Below are positions 30,372 to 44,650 of a DNA stretch of 64,000 nucleotides, piece after piece (positions within the stretch are counted from its first letter, which is position 1; each line of letters begins with the position of its first letter). The stretch spans positions 544,001 through 608,000 of the forward strand of contig JASGHJ010000001.1 in assembly GCA_047602405.1 (NCBI GenBank), written 5' to 3'. The notes beneath the pieces were generated by a model. It had not been told where the DNA came from. It was given only the letters and a program-made list of their open reading frames with translations, and ran no database searches. The translations under genes were made by a program, and so were the position numbers. Source of the stretch: Anaeromyxobacteraceae bacterium. Its GTDB lineage: Bacteria; Myxococcota; Myxococcia; Myxococcales; Anaeromyxobacteraceae.

Positions 30372-30668
30372 ATGACCCGCACCTTCTACGCTGCGTTCGC
30401 CGCCCTTGCGATCCTCGCTGCCTCCCCTGCCTTCGCCGGCCCTCAGCAGGACCGCATGAAGGCGTGCAACGTCGACGCCGGGGACAAGAAGGGCGACGAG
30501 CGCAAGGCGTTCATGAAGAAGTGCCTCTCCGACAAGGCCGCCGAGCACAAGGCGAAGCTCACGGCCCAGCAGGAGAAGATGAAGACCTGCAACGCCGACG
30601 CGAAGACGAAGCAGCTCGCCGGCGCCGAGCGGAAGAAGTTCATGTCGGAGTGCCTGAGCGCGAAGTAG
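30372..30668 (+). CDS. psiF: PsiF-repeat protein
   Basis: GGAGG RBS, signal peptide, two QQ..M..CN...RK.FM..CL repeats. Confidence 0.9.
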   Translation: MTRTFYAAFAALAILAASPAFAGPQQDRMKACNVDAGDKKGDERKAFMKKCLSDKAAEHKAKLTAQQEKMKTCNADAKTKQLAGAERKKFMSECLSAK

Positions 30669-30704
30669 TCCGCGCCTCGCCGGGCGAGCGGTGCCGCCGC
30701 TCGC

Positions 30705-34655
<3,951 letters not shown>

Positions 34656-34659
<4 letters not shown>

Positions 34660-35129
34660 CCGCTCCCGTGCCGATCCGCCCGCTCCAGGCCGGCGACGTC
34701 GCGCCGCTCGCCCGCGCGCTCGCGCCGCTCCCGCTCATGCAGCGCTACGGGCGCGCCGAGGCCGCGCTCGCCCGCGACCTCGAGGCGGCGCTCGCCCGCG
34801 GCGACGGGCTCGTGACGGCGCTCGGTCCGGGTGGCGTCCCCGCCGGCCTCGCCTGGTTCCTGCCCACCGGCACGCTCGGGATGGGCGCGTACCTGCGCCT
34901 CATCGCGGTCGCGCCGGGCCACGAGGGCCGCGGCGTCGGCGCGGCGCTCCTCGAGGCCTACGAGCGCGCCGCCGCGGTCGCAGGGAAGCACGCGTTCCTG
35001 CTCGTCTCGGACTTCAACGAGGGCGCGCAGCGCTTCTACGAGCGCCACGGCTGGACGCGGAGCGGGCAGCTCCCGGGCCTGGTGCTGCCGGACGTGACCG
35101 AGCTGCTGTACTGGAAGCGGCTGCGCTGA
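34656..35129 (+). CDS. GNAT family N-acetyltransferase
   Basis: ATGA overlap with the upstream gene; EGRGVG and N..AQRFYERHG motifs. Confidence 0.88.
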
Positions 35130-35133
35130 CTCG

Positions 35134-35847
35134 TCAGCCCAGCAACCTCGCCGCCACCGCCGCGAGCACCTTCCCGCCCCGATCCTCGACCACTGGCCCG
35201 TGGCTCGGCACGAGCCGCGCGAGCTCCGGCAGCGCCGAGAGGCGCGCGAGGTGCGCCGCGAGCGCGCGCCGGTCGTCGATGAGGAAGAGCTTCGCGATCG
35301 CGGTGACCTTGGGCCCCTCCCCCGAGGTCCCGAGCAAGCGGAGCATGAGCCCGGCCGGCCCCGGCGCAGGCGGCACGTTCATGACCGCGTCGCCGAACAC
35401 GAGCGACGCGCCGCGCGGGCCGCGCGCGATCAGCACCGCCTCGCGCCCGCGGGTGCCGTCGAGCACCTGCACCTCGAGCGCCGGGTCCGGCGGGAGCGCG
35501 TCGGCGGTGAGGTCGACCGGCACCTTCTTCGCGACGCCGGCGGCGGAGCCCGCGGGCGCGACGACCTTGCAGGACGGAAAGCGCGCCTTCCAGGCGTGGA
35601 CGTCGAGGCGGTGGAAGCCGTTCGGCACGAAGAGCCAGGCCGGCGCGCCGTGCGCGAGCACGGCCTTCATGGCTGGCTCGTCGAGCGGCACCGCGTTGTG
35701 GAAGAGGAGGCCGTCCGCGCGGCGGACGATGGTCATCCGGCGGTCGATCGGGCCGCGCGGCAGCACGGAGGTGACGTGCCACTGGCCTTCGTCGAGCGGC
35801 TCGAGGGGCCCGTGCGGGAGGACGGTCCAGGGACGCGGGGTCGACAT
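35134..35847 (-). CDS. MBL-fold/DUF4336-like protein
   Basis: RRMTIVR, VPNGFHRLD, FGD, LVPSHG. Confidence 0.75.
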   Translation of the reverse strand: MSTPRPWTVLPHGPLEPLDEGQWHVTSVLPRGPIDRRMTIVRRADGLLFHNAVPLDEPAMKAVLAHGAPAWLFVPNGFHRLDVHAWKARFPSCKVVAPAGSAAGVAKKVPVDLTADALPPDPALEVQVLDGTRGREAVLIARGPRGASLVFGDAVMNVPPAPGPAGLMLRLLGTSGEGPKVTAIAKLFLIDDRRALAAHLARLSALPELARLVPSHGPVVEDRGGKVLAAVAARLLG

Positions 35848-35920
35848 GGTCCTGAGGGTAGATCGGCGGAGGGCCCCCGGCGTTGACCCGCTGGGGCGTG
35901 CGTGGTTCCATCCCGCGCCC

Positions 35921-36526
35921 GTGAAGCACGCGACCCGCCACACCTTCTTCGAGGACGCGCAGGCCATCCTGACCGCCGCCGCGTTCGTCTCGCTCGGCCT
36001 CGCGTTCCTGAGGAGCCACCACCTCCTCACCGGCGGGACGGCCGGGCTCGCGCTCCTCCTCGCGCGCCTCGTGCCGCTCTCCTTCGGGCAGCTCTTCGCG
36101 CTCCTCAACCTGCCGTTCTTCTGGCTGGGCGTGAAGCAGCTCGGGTGGCGGTTCACGCTCAAGACCTTCTCGGCGATCTTCCTCGTCTCGCTCGCCTCCG
36201 ACCACATGGGCGAGGTGCTGCACTTCGAGCACGTGTCGCCGGTCTACGCCGCCGCGATGGGCGGCTTCTTGAACGGCGCCGGGCTCCTCATGCTGTTCCG
36301 CCACCGCGCCTCGCTCGGCGGCGTGAACATCCTGTCGATCTGGCTGCAGGAGAAGCACGGCCTGCGCGCCGGCCTCGTGCAGCTCGCGGTCGACGCGTGC
36401 GTGGTCGTCGGCGGGCTCCTCGTGACGTCGCCGGGCGTGGTCGCGCTGTCCGTGCTGGGCGCGCTCGCGCTCAACATGGTGCTCGCCGTGAACCACCGGC
36501 CGGGCCGGTACGTCGCGACGGGGTAG
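35921..36526 (+). CDS. YitT family membrane protein
   Basis: TGGTAG, NLPFF, LFRHRASLGG, NHRPGRY. Confidence 0.88.
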   Translation: MKHATRHTFFEDAQAILTAAAFVSLGLAFLRSHHLLTGGTAGLALLLARLVPLSFGQLFALLNLPFFWLGVKQLGWRFTLKTFSAIFLVSLASDHMGEVLHFEHVSPVYAAAMGGFLNGAGLLMLFRHRASLGGVNILSIWLQEKHGLRAGLVQLAVDACVVVGGLLVTSPGVVALSVLGALALNMVLAVNHRPGRYVATG

Positions 36527-36531
36527 CCCGC

Positions 36532-36786
36532 CTACCGCTCGAGCACCTCGGCCGCCGTCCGGTGCGCCGCGCGCAGCTCCCGCGCGAGCGCGCGGACGCC
36601 GTCGCGGTCCTCGCTCCAGAGGAGGCCGAGTTGGATCGGCGCGGCGTCGTCACCGCCCGCGGGCGTGTAGACGACCTTGAGCCGCCAGCGCTCCTGCTCG
36701 CAGGCCTTCCGGACCTCGAAGCGCAGGATGCGGCCGGTCCGCCTCACGGCGGCGAGGGCCTCCTGGGCCTCGGGCGGCAGGGTCAC
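36532..36786 (-). CDS. Small hypothetical protein
   Basis: Host-like codon usage (LPPEAQEALAAVRRTGRILRFEVRK...); start uncertain. Confidence 0.5.
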   Translation of the reverse strand: MTLPPEAQEALAAVRRTGRILRFEVRKACEQERWRLKVVYTPAGGDDAAPIQLGLLWSEDRDGVRALARELRAAHRTAAEVLER

Positions 36787-37043
36787 GGCCACGGCGCCCA
36801 GATCACCACGTCGAGGCCCGGCATTCCAGGGGTTTACCCGCCACCGGCGCCCCGAGGTGCGCCCGCACCGAAGCCGGGGGCCCGTGTCCGGCACCGGCTC
36901 GCCCGCGGCGTCCCGCGCCGGCAGCACCGAGGCCGGGGGACAGCCCGCCCGCGCGACACCGGGGCGCGGGGCGTGCGGTCACGCTGCGCACGACGGGGCC
37001 GGGTGCTAGGTTTCCAGGGTCGACTTCACGGTCAGGAGCGTTC

Positions 37044-37784
37044 GTGACGTCTCCGCTGCTCACCATCCTGCTCCCCGGACTCGACGGCACCGGCCGCCTC
37101 TTCGGCCCGTTCCTGCAGCGGGCCAGCGGCGCGCTCGACTTCCACGTCCTCTCCTACCCGCCCGACCGTTTCCTCGGGTACGAGGCGCTCGCCGAGCGCG
37201 TGCTCGCGGCGCTCCCCCGGGATCGCCCCTTCGCCCTCCTCGGCGAGAGCTTCGGTGGCCCGCTCGCGCTGCGCGTCGCCGCCGCGGCGCCCGAGGGGCT
37301 CGTGGGCCTCGTGCTCGCGTCGAGCTTCCACCGCCGCCCGGCCGCGACCGCCATCTCGACGCTGCGCTTCCTCTCGCCCGCCTACTTCCACCTGCCGCTG
37401 CCGGCGCACGGCGTGCGGCTGCTCCTCGCCGGGCGCGACGGCGAGGACGCGCTCGTGCGCGAGGTGCAGGAGGCGGTCGCGGCGGTGAAGGGCGCCGTCA
37501 TGGCCGCGCGCGCGAAGGAGGCCATCCGCGTCGACGCGACCGAGCACCTCCGGCGCGCGCCGGTGCCGGTGCTGTTCCTCGGCGGCAAGCGGGACCGGCT
37601 GCTCCGCACCGCGCTGCCGATCGAGGTGCGCGCGGTCCGGAGCGACGCGGAGATCCGCATGCTCGACGCCCCGCACCTCACGCTCCAGACCCAGCCCGAA
37701 CAGAGCATGCGGATCATCGAGGAGTTCCTGGGACGTTGCATCTCGCGGGGTGGCGCGGAAGGGCGGGCCCGGCGGGCGGGCTAG
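37044..37784 (+). CDS. Alpha/beta hydrolase
   Basis: AGGAG RBS, LLPGLDGTG, nucleophile GESFG, C-terminal APH. Confidence 0.88.
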   Translation: MTSPLLTILLPGLDGTGRLFGPFLQRASGALDFHVLSYPPDRFLGYEALAERVLAALPRDRPFALLGESFGGPLALRVAAAAPEGLVGLVLASSFHRRPAATAISTLRFLSPAYFHLPLPAHGVRLLLAGRDGEDALVREVQEAVAAVKGAVMAARAKEAIRVDATEHLRRAPVPVLFLGGKRDRLLRTALPIEVRAVRSDAEIRMLDAPHLTLQTQPEQSMRIIEEFLGRCISRGGAEGRARRAG

Positions 37785-37860
37785 ATGGACGTCGGACCTT
37801 TCAGGTAAGAAACAGGCAGTGACGTGGTCGGGTGTCGTGCAGGTCCGCGGGGGGCTCAGG

Positions 37861-38067
37861 ATGGTGTGGACGAAGCGAGGCGCGAGGAAGGAACAGCCGT
37901 CGGGGCGGAAGGTCGCCCTGGTGGAGTCACCCGCGCTCGTGACGTCCGAGGAGCTCCCGGTTCCCGAGGCCACGCGGGAGCAGGAGGACGTGCGCCGCCG
38001 CGCCAGCCGCCGGCTGAAGCTGCTGTCCGGGCTCCTCAGCCGCGGCAAGGGCGAGGCGATCGACTGA
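37861..38067 (+). CDS. Small basic hypothetical protein
   Basis: ATG at 37861; ORF fills an otherwise empty gap. Confidence 0.35.
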   Translation: MVWTKRGARKEQPSGRKVALVESPALVTSEELPVPEATREQEDVRRRASRRLKLLSGLLSRGKGEAID

Positions 38068-38221
38068 CTTCGTAGGGCGTCGCTTCCGCCGGCTCCAGGG
38101 ATCGGCGGGAGCAACGGGTGCCCCGGATCCCTCCGGGGAACGGGGCACCACTGTCCTCGGGCCGAGGCCCGGAGCGCCGGAGCGCCCCGGGCCCTGCTTC
38201 CGCGGGCCGCCGCGCCCGCGA

Positions 38222-40291
38222 CTAAGCCGCGTCGCGGCCCTTCGCGGTCAGGTCCGAGCGCAGCCGCTCACGCCACGCGTCCGCCTCCGGGCTCGAGGCC
38301 GCCGGCGCGCCCTGGGTGAGCGCCCCGGTGCGCTCGGAGAGCAGCACCGCGAGCAGCGCCTCGAACACCGAGCCGTTGCCCCCGCCGGTGCCGCCGGCCT
38401 GGCCGTTGCCCGCGCCGCCGCCGATGAGCACGCGCGGCACGACGTCGACCCCCGCGACCTGGATGGCCTCGGCGAAGCGGTTCATCACCTGCTGGGTGAG
38501 CTGCAGCTGCGGGCCGCCGTAGGCGCGGACCTGCTCCTCGATCGCGAGCGCCTGGGCGACGCCGACGCGGGCGGCCTTCTCGGCCTCCGCCTCCGCCATC
38601 GCCTTCACCCGCTGCGCCTCACCCTGGCCCATGGCGCGGACCTTGTCGGCCTCCGCCTCGGCGAGCGCGCGGATCTGGGCGGCCTGCTGGACCGAGCGCT
38701 GGTACTCGGCCTTGCCCTGGTTGGCCTGGATCTGGATCGAGAGCTCCGACTCGGTGAGCGCGGTCTGCTGCTTCGCGCGCGCCTCGGCCTCGCGCAGCTC
38801 GCGCTCCTTCACCGCCGCGCCCTGCTGGCGGTTGTAGGTGTCCACCTGCTCGACGGCGATCTGCCGGGAGCGCAGCTGCATCAGGATCTGCTCGATGGCG
38901 TGGTCGTTCGGCTGCGACGACGGCGTGCCGATGAGCACCTCCTTCAGCTCGAGGTTGTACTGGGCGAACTTGCCCTTCATCTCCTCGGACGAGTGGCGCT
39001 GGATCTCGCTGCGGTCCTGGATGAGCTCGATGAGCGTGCGGGTCTGGCCGACGTTCTTGAAGTAGGCCGAGACCATCGGGTCGAGCGTCTGCTCGACGAG
39101 GCGCTTCACGTCGCCGAACTGCTGGATGACGAGCGGGGCCTTCCGGTAGTCGATGTGGACGACCACCGAGAGCGGCAGCGTCGGCTCGAAGGCGTCCTTC
39201 GTGATGAGGAGCACCTCGGAGAGGTTCTCGTCGTAGCGGTGCGCGCCGACCTGGCCCTTCACCCACTTCAGGATGAAGTTCGTGGTGGGGACCATGAGGA
39301 TCTTGCCGGCGTAGGTGTTGAACGGGTACTTGCCCGGCAGGAGCGGCTCGCTCCAGACGCCGCGCTCGCCCGCGTGCACCATCTCGCCGTGGCGGTAACC
39401 CTCGCCCGAGAGGTCGCGGCCGATCGCGCCGGTGTACGAGACGACCACGCCGACGTGCCCCACCTCGACCACGGTCTTCGCGATGGTCTCCACCGTCGCG
39501 AAGAGCCGGTTCAGGTAGTACGTGCCCTCGACCAGCACCTGGAGCTGGCGGCCGCGCTGGCCGCCGGCGGCGAGGAAGTGCTCGGGGTCCTGGAAGTTGT
39601 TGTGGTACGCGGCCGCGGCCTTCGGGTCGGCGCCGACGGTGGGCGCGATGACCTCGCCCTGCGCGAGCGACGGGCCGTCGTGCACGGTGACGATGCCGAC
39701 CGCGTCCTCGGTGATGACGACCGGGGCGAAGCCCTGGCGCTCGCCGAGCACCTTCGCCATGCCGCGGATGAGCGCCTCCTCGTCCGGGTTGAGGGGCAGG
39801 AAGTAGAGGCCGTCCGCCGCGATGACGACGAACTGGGCGAGGTTCACGGCGTACGTGCCCTCGCGCAGGATGCGGCGCTGGGGGCCGCGCTGGCCGCCGC
39901 CGTGCAGGAAGGCCGCGGCGTCGGTGAAGTCGGTGACCTTCGCGTTCGAGGCGAGCGTCTGCGTGGGCGGGAGCGCCTCGCCGTCGCGCGCGAACACGTA
40001 GCCGATGCGGCCCTGCGGGATCGTGACGAGCGGGACCACGTGGACCCGGTACATGAGCGGGAAGAACACGTGCCAGCCGCCGCGGAGGACGTCGGGCTGG
40101 TAGCCCGCCTCGCCGGCGAGGGCGATGAAGCCCTTCTTCACGGAGCCCCGGGGGCTCCAGAGCTTCTCGACGATGCCGACCCGGCTGTTCGGGATGTACC
40201 GGACCACCCCGGTGAGCCAGGTCAGGGCGGCGGCGGCGAGCACCCCGGCGACGATCCAGAGCCAGGTGGGAAGCTGAGCGGCGGCGAACAC
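38222..40291 (-). CDS. SPFH/flotillin-like (band 7) protein
   Basis: N-terminal TM helix, repeated IPQGRIGYV/HVGVVVSY modules, LITKDAF SPFH core, A/E-rich coiled coil. Confidence 0.88.
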   Translation of the reverse strand: MFAAAQLPTWLWIVAGVLAAAALTWLTGVVRYIPNSRVGIVEKLWSPRGSVKKGFIALAGEAGYQPDVLRGGWHVFFPLMYRVHVVPLVTIPQGRIGYVFARDGEALPPTQTLASNAKVTDFTDAAAFLHGGGQRGPQRRILREGTYAVNLAQFVVIAADGLYFLPLNPDEEALIRGMAKVLGERQGFAPVVITEDAVGIVTVHDGPSLAQGEVIAPTVGADPKAAAAYHNNFQDPEHFLAAGGQRGRQLQVLVEGTYYLNRLFATVETIAKTVVEVGHVGVVVSYTGAIGRDLSGEGYRHGEMVHAGERGVWSEPLLPGKYPFNTYAGKILMVPTTNFILKWVKGQVGAHRYDENLSEVLLITKDAFEPTLPLSVVVHIDYRKAPLVIQQFGDVKRLVEQTLDPMVSAYFKNVGQTRTLIELIQDRSEIQRHSSEEMKGKFAQYNLELKEVLIGTPSSQPNDHAIEQILMQLRSRQIAVEQVDTYNRQQGAAVKERELREAEARAKQQTALTESELSIQIQANQGKAEYQRSVQQAAQIRALAEAEADKVRAMGQGEAQRVKAMAEAEAEKAARVGVAQALAIEEQVRAYGGPQLQLTQQVMNRFAEAIQVAGVDVVPRVLIGGGAGNGQAGGTGGGNGSVFEALLAVLLSERTGALTQGAPAASSPEADAWRERLRSDLTAKGRDAA

Positions 40292-40671
40292 GGTCGTACC
40301 CCTTTCGTGGGATGAGCTGCTCAGGTCAGCCTAGAGACTTCCCGGGCGCCGTACACGAGAATCGGAAAACCCGAGGCGGCGCGGGCGTTCACGATATGTG
40401 GAGGCCGAAAACGGGCCCGGAACGATCTATCCTGGCCTGGTACTTGAACTTTTTGCGTCCGGCACCCGAGGTTTCGACCGGGAAGGGCGCGCGCGGAGGT
40501 GCGGGGCGGCGTTCACCATCAGTGACTTCCGCGGGAGCGGACGGCTTGATGTGGAAGTGCGGCGGAATGTCGCGCGGCGGCCGCGGCCCTCCTCGGGTTC
40601 GCCCCGAAGGTTGTAGCCTCCGCCCACACTCGAACCCCGAGCCGCACACCTCTCCGGGAGGAAGCAGTCCC

Positions 40672-42108
40672 GTGGTCCGCCGCATCGCGATCGTCGCCCT
40701 CGTCGTCGCCGTCCTCGCCATCGTCGCGATCCGCGTCCTGCACCTGGACGAGCGGCCGCCGTTCGCCTCGGCCCCGGCTCCGGCGCCGGTGGCCACCGCG
40801 GCAGCGCCGGCCCCGCCGCCCACCGCCCCCGTGCCCGCTCCGCCGCAGGCCACGACGGCGCCGCCCGAGGCTCCGGCGGCGCCCGCGACGGTCGCCGCGC
40901 CCGTGCCCGTGCCCGCCCGCCGCCCCACGAACGGCGCCGGCGTCTCCTTCGAGTCCGCCGACGCCGCCGACCGGCGCTCGCGCGAGCCGGTGGCCCGCCC
41001 CCCCGAGCTCCGCGACGTGACCCCGCCCGAGGCGCCGGCCGATCTCCTCGCGGAGCCGGACGGCCCGAACGTGCGGCTCTCGTGGCCGGCCTCGACCGAC
41101 GACGTCGGCGTCGAGCGCTACGAGGTCCTGCGCGACGGCCAGGTGTTCGTCTCGACCTCCGGCCCCTCGGCGACGGACGAGGCGGCGCCCCCGCTGCGGA
41201 AGCTCTGCTACTCCGTCGTGGCCCGCGACGAGGCCGGCAACCGCTCGCGGCCGAGCCGGACCGCCTGCCTGAAGCTCGCCGACCTCGTGCCGCCGACGCC
41301 CCCGACGGTGGTCCAGGCCCGCAGCACCTCCGAGACCTCGGTCGCGCTCAGCTGGTCCGGCGCCGCCGACGCGGGCGGCGTGGTGGGCTACGACGTCGTC
41401 CGCGGCGGGCTCGTCGTCGCCACGCCGGACTCGCCGCGCACCGCGGACTCCGGCCTCCTCGCCGGGCGCACCTACTGCTGGACCATCCGCGCCCGCGACG
41501 CCGCGGGCAACGTCTCGAAGGACTCCGCCGAGGCGTGCGCGACGGTGCGCGACCAGACCCCGCCCGCGCCGCCGCCCGGCCTCGTCGCCGCGCCCGCGGC
41601 GCCGGACCGGCTCGCGGTGGGCTGGCAGGCGGCGGTCGACAACGTCGGCGTGGACCACTACGAGGTGCTCCGGGACGGGAAGCTGATCCTCCGCACCGCC
41701 GCGACCAAGCTCACCGGCACCGAGGCGGGCCTCGTCCCCTCGACCTCGTACTGCTACACGGTCGTCGCGGTCGACGCGGCGGGGAACCGCTCGCGCCAGG
41801 CCGGCCCCGCCTGCGCCCGCACCGCCGACCCGGGCACGCCCGCCGGGCCCACCGACCTCGCGCTCGCCGCGAGCGCGCGCTCGGCGAGCGCGGTCGTGCT
41901 GCGCTGGGACGGCTCGCCCGAGCCGGGCGTCGTCTACACGGTCTACTGGGACGGCCACAAGCGCATCGGCGCCACGCCGCGCAACGAGTACACGGTCGTC
42001 GGCCTCAAGTCCGGCGAGCACCGGTGCTTCCGCGTGTCGGCCGTCGACCCGGCTGGCCGCGAGTCGCCCTCCAGCCTCGAGGCGTGCACCGGCGCGCCGA
42101 AGTTGTAG
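40672..42108 (+). CDS. Membrane-anchored fibronectin type III repeat protein (4 FN3)
   Basis: GGAGG RBS, TM anchor, Pro/Ala linker, repeated W...D..GV..Y.V.R...C.Y.V.A.D.AGN.S. Confidence 0.85.
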   Translation: MVRRIAIVALVVAVLAIVAIRVLHLDERPPFASAPAPAPVATAAAPAPPPTAPVPAPPQATTAPPEAPAAPATVAAPVPVPARRPTNGAGVSFESADAADRRSREPVARPPELRDVTPPEAPADLLAEPDGPNVRLSWPASTDDVGVERYEVLRDGQVFVSTSGPSATDEAAPPLRKLCYSVVARDEAGNRSRPSRTACLKLADLVPPTPPTVVQARSTSETSVALSWSGAADAGGVVGYDVVRGGLVVATPDSPRTADSGLLAGRTYCWTIRARDAAGNVSKDSAEACATVRDQTPPAPPPGLVAAPAAPDRLAVGWQAAVDNVGVDHYEVLRDGKLILRTAATKLTGTEAGLVPSTSYCYTVVAVDAAGNRSRQAGPACARTADPGTPAGPTDLALAASARSASAVVLRWDGSPEPGVVYTVYWDGHKRIGATPRNEYTVVGLKSGEHRCFRVSAVDPAGRESPSSLEACTGAPKL

Positions 42109-42160
42109 CCTCCCCACCACTCGCCTTGCCCGCACGGCCGCCCCGGCCTACACGAGGGGC

Positions 42161-42565
42161 ATGGCCGCCCACGAGCTCGAGGTGCTGGAGGCGAACCAGG
42201 CGTTCTACCGCGCGTTCTCGCGGAAGGACGCCGCCGCGATGGACCTCCTCTGGGCGGAGGCCCACCCGGTCGCGTGCGTCCACCCGGGCTGGGACGTGCT
42301 CGACGGCCGCGAGGACGTGATGGGCAGCTGGGAGGCGATCCTCGACGGCGACGGCGCGCCCCAGGTCGCGGTCTCGCTGGCGCAGGCGCACGTGCTCGGC
42401 GAGGTCGCCTTCGTCACGTGCCACGAGGTCGTCGACGGCGGGCGCCTCGCGGCGACGAACGTCTTCGTCCGCGAGGCCGGCCGCTGGCGCCTCGTGCACC
42501 ACCAGGCGAGCCCGATCGCCCCCGGCCAGGAGCGCGACCTGCCGCCGCCCGGCCCCGCGAATTAG
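42161..42565 (+). CDS. SnoaL/NTF2-like protein
   Basis: ANQAFYRAF, CVHPGW, ATNVF, LVHHQAS. Confidence 0.88.
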   Translation: MAAHELEVLEANQAFYRAFSRKDAAAMDLLWAEAHPVACVHPGWDVLDGREDVMGSWEAILDGDGAPQVAVSLAQAHVLGEVAFVTCHEVVDGGRLAATNVFVREAGRWRLVHHQASPIAPGQERDLPPPGPAN

Positions 42566-43029
42566 GCGCTCTTCGTCTCGGCGCGCGGCGAGTTCGCCGG
42601 CTCCTTCGGCTTCTTGTCGCCGCCGCCGGACGCCTTCTCGCCACCGACCTTCATCGAGACCGTGCCGTCGAGGCGCGCGCCGCGGTCGACGCGGAGGCTC
42701 GCGGTCTCGACGTCGCCGACGAGGCGCGCCGTGCCGATGAGCTCCACGGCGCTCTTCGCGCGCACGTTCCCGTGGACCTCGCCGTGGATCACCACGGTGC
42801 CGCAGTCGATCTCGGCGTCGATGCGGGCGTGCTCGCCCACGACGAGCACGTCGTTCGTGACGATCTGGCCCTTGAAGCGGGCGTCGATGCGGACGGTGCC
42901 GCGGAAGGTCAGCTTGCCCTCGAACTCGGCGCCGGCGCCGAGCAGGAGGTCGGCCGCGGCGGGCGGCGGGCTGGGGGGCGGGGTGGGGTTGACGGGACCG
43001 GTGGGCTCGTCGCGGGGGATCATCGGCAT
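42562..43029 (-). CDS. Bactofilin (polymer-forming cytoskeletal protein)
   Basis: FEGKLTFRGTVRIDA...GEVHGNV...GDVET beta-helix pattern. Confidence 0.9.
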   Translation of the reverse strand: MPMIPRDEPTGPVNPTPPPSPPPAAADLLLGAGAEFEGKLTFRGTVRIDARFKGQIVTNDVLVVGEHARIDAEIDCGTVVIHGEVHGNVRAKSAVELIGTARLVGDVETASLRVDRGARLDGTVSMKVGGEKASGGGDKKPKEPANSPRAETKSA

Positions 43030-43085
43030 GCGGAGGGAACCGCCGCCGGGGGTCCCGATCTTCCCGGGCATGCGGGGGGAGCGAC

Positions 43086-43577
43086 CTAGAAGACGAGCGC
43101 CAGGACGAGGACCCCGATCGCCACGAACGCGATCGCCACCTTGGCCGCGCTCCCGAGGACGAAGCCGAGGAACGCCCCGGCGCCCGCCTTCGCGGCCCGC
43201 TTCATGTCCGGGTTGCGCGCGTACTCGAACGCGATCGCGCCGATCGCCGGCCCGAGCAGGATGCCCGGCAGGCCGAAGAAGAGCCCGACGATCGTCCCGA
43301 CGCCCGCCCCCAGGATGGACCAGCCCGACGCGCCGAACACCTTCGCTCCCAGCGCGCCCGCCGCGAAGTCGACCGCCCAGACCGCGGCGCAGAGGAGCCC
43401 GATGACCGTCAACGGCAGCCAGCCGACGCGCGTGAAGTGCTCCGCCCACGCGACCACCACCGCGCCGGCGAAGACGAGCACGGCGCCGGGGATGGCGGGC
43501 AGGACGAGGCCGGCGACGCCGACCGCCACGAGCGCGAAGCCGAGGACGTAGAGCGCGATCTCCACGCCTCCTTTCAT
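43086..43577 (-). CDS. DUF456 family membrane protein
   Basis: GLVLPAIPG, GAKVFGAS, LGPAIGA..FEY. Confidence 0.85.
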   Translation of the reverse strand: MKGGVEIALYVLGFALVAVGVAGLVLPAIPGAVLVFAGAVVVAWAEHFTRVGWLPLTVIGLLCAAVWAVDFAAGALGAKVFGASGWSILGAGVGTIVGLFFGLPGILLGPAIGAIAFEYARNPDMKRAAKAGAGAFLGFVLGSAAKVAIAFVAIGVLVLALVF

Positions 43578-43677
43578 GCCGCGAAGCGGGCGGCCGGTCG
43601 AGCCCCCTTCGAGCCGCCCGGCGCCGGGCGCGCCACCCGCCGCGGCCGACGATCCGCTGCGGCCGGCGGCGGGCCGC

Positions 43678-44433
43678 TCAGCCGGCGACGCACTCCTCCG
43701 GCGGCAGCCGCAGCATCGCCTCGCGGAAGAGGTCGCCCTGCGCCAGGCTCACCCCGAGCGCGCGCGCCGCGCGGAGGTCGGTCGCGGTCTCGACCCCCTC
43801 GGCGACCACGAGCTTCCCGGTGCGCGCCGCGAACGCCACGAGCGCCTCGGCGAGGGCGCGGATCGCCGGCTCGGCGTACGCGCGCATCACCGACCGGTCG
43901 AGCTTCAGCACGCTCGCCGCCCGCAGATCCTCGGTCGAGACGAGCACGTCGCGGCCGCCGAGGTCGTCGAGCGCGGCGGGGATGCCGGCGGCGACGAGCG
44001 CCTTCACCATATCGCGCCCCTGCCGCACGCCCTGGGCGTGGACCGACTCCACCACCTCGACGGTGACCGGCACGCGCGAGGTCCTGAGCAGGGCGAGGAA
44101 CCGCTCGTGGCCCGCGCCGGCCCAGGCCTCGCCCGACAGGTTGAGGAACAGCCGGGGACCCGGCGCGTGCGCGATCTGCAGCCGCTTCAGCGCGAACTCG
44201 GTGCGCCACAGGAGCTCGGGGTCGCGCGCCAGCCGGCCGAAGACGACCGCGGGCGGCACGCCGACGCCGTCGGCCCGGTGGAAGCGGGCGAGCGCCTCGT
44301 GGCCGTGCAGCCGGCAGGTCCACACGTCGACGAGCGGCTCGTACTGCACGCCGAAGCGGCCGCCCCGCACGACCGCGAGCGGATCGTCCTCTGGAGGTGG
44401 GCGTACGCCGGCCGCGGTGCTCGTGAATCGCAC
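43678..44433 (-). CDS. Stand-alone EAL domain protein
   Basis: YEP, EALARF, FLNLS, VEVVE, ALDDLG, LKLDR, AEGVET, QG. Start uncertain. Confidence 0.85.
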   Translation of the reverse strand: MRFTSTAAGVRPPPEDDPLAVVRGGRFGVQYEPLVDVWTCRLHGHEALARFHRADGVGVPPAVVFGRLARDPELLWRTEFALKRLQIAHAPGPRLFLNLSGEAWAGAGHERFLALLRTSRVPVTVEVVESVHAQGVRQGRDMVKALVAAGIPAALDDLGGRDVLVSTEDLRAASVLKLDRSVMRAYAEPAIRALAEALVAFAARTGKLVVAEGVETATDLRAARALGVSLAQGDLFREAMLRLPPEECVAG

Positions 44434-44490
44434 TGCCGACCAGAACAGGCGAGGCCCCCCACCCCTATTCCCCTCCTCGTCCCGGCCCCC

Positions 44491-44650
44491 TGAGGTGCGC
44501 CAGCACCGAAGCCGGGGGCCCGCCCCCGGCGCCTTGAGGTGCGTCAGCACCGAAGCCGGGGGCCCGCCCCCGGCGCCTTGAGGTGCGCCAGCACCGAAGC
44601 CGGGGGCCCGCCCCCGGCGCCTTGAGGTGCGCCAGCACCGAAGCCGGGGG
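44491..44650. repeat. 44-bp tandem repeat, about 3.6 copies (REP-like double hairpin)
   Basis: Unit TGAGGTGCGCCAGCACCGAAGCCGGGGGCCCGCCCCCGGCGCCT starts at 44491, 44535, 44579 and 44623; one substitution; no spacers. Confidence 0.95.

Noticed and set aside
40292..40671. Riboswitch or ncRNA in the long intergenic regions (also 52653-52996)
   Set aside because: No recognisable consensus by eye; an Rfam covariance search would be needed.
44491..44650. Possible CRISPR array (and partner for the Cas12f-like protein)
   Set aside because: Units are contiguous and nearly identical with no unique spacers; no cas genes nearby; about 11 kb from the TnpB-like gene.
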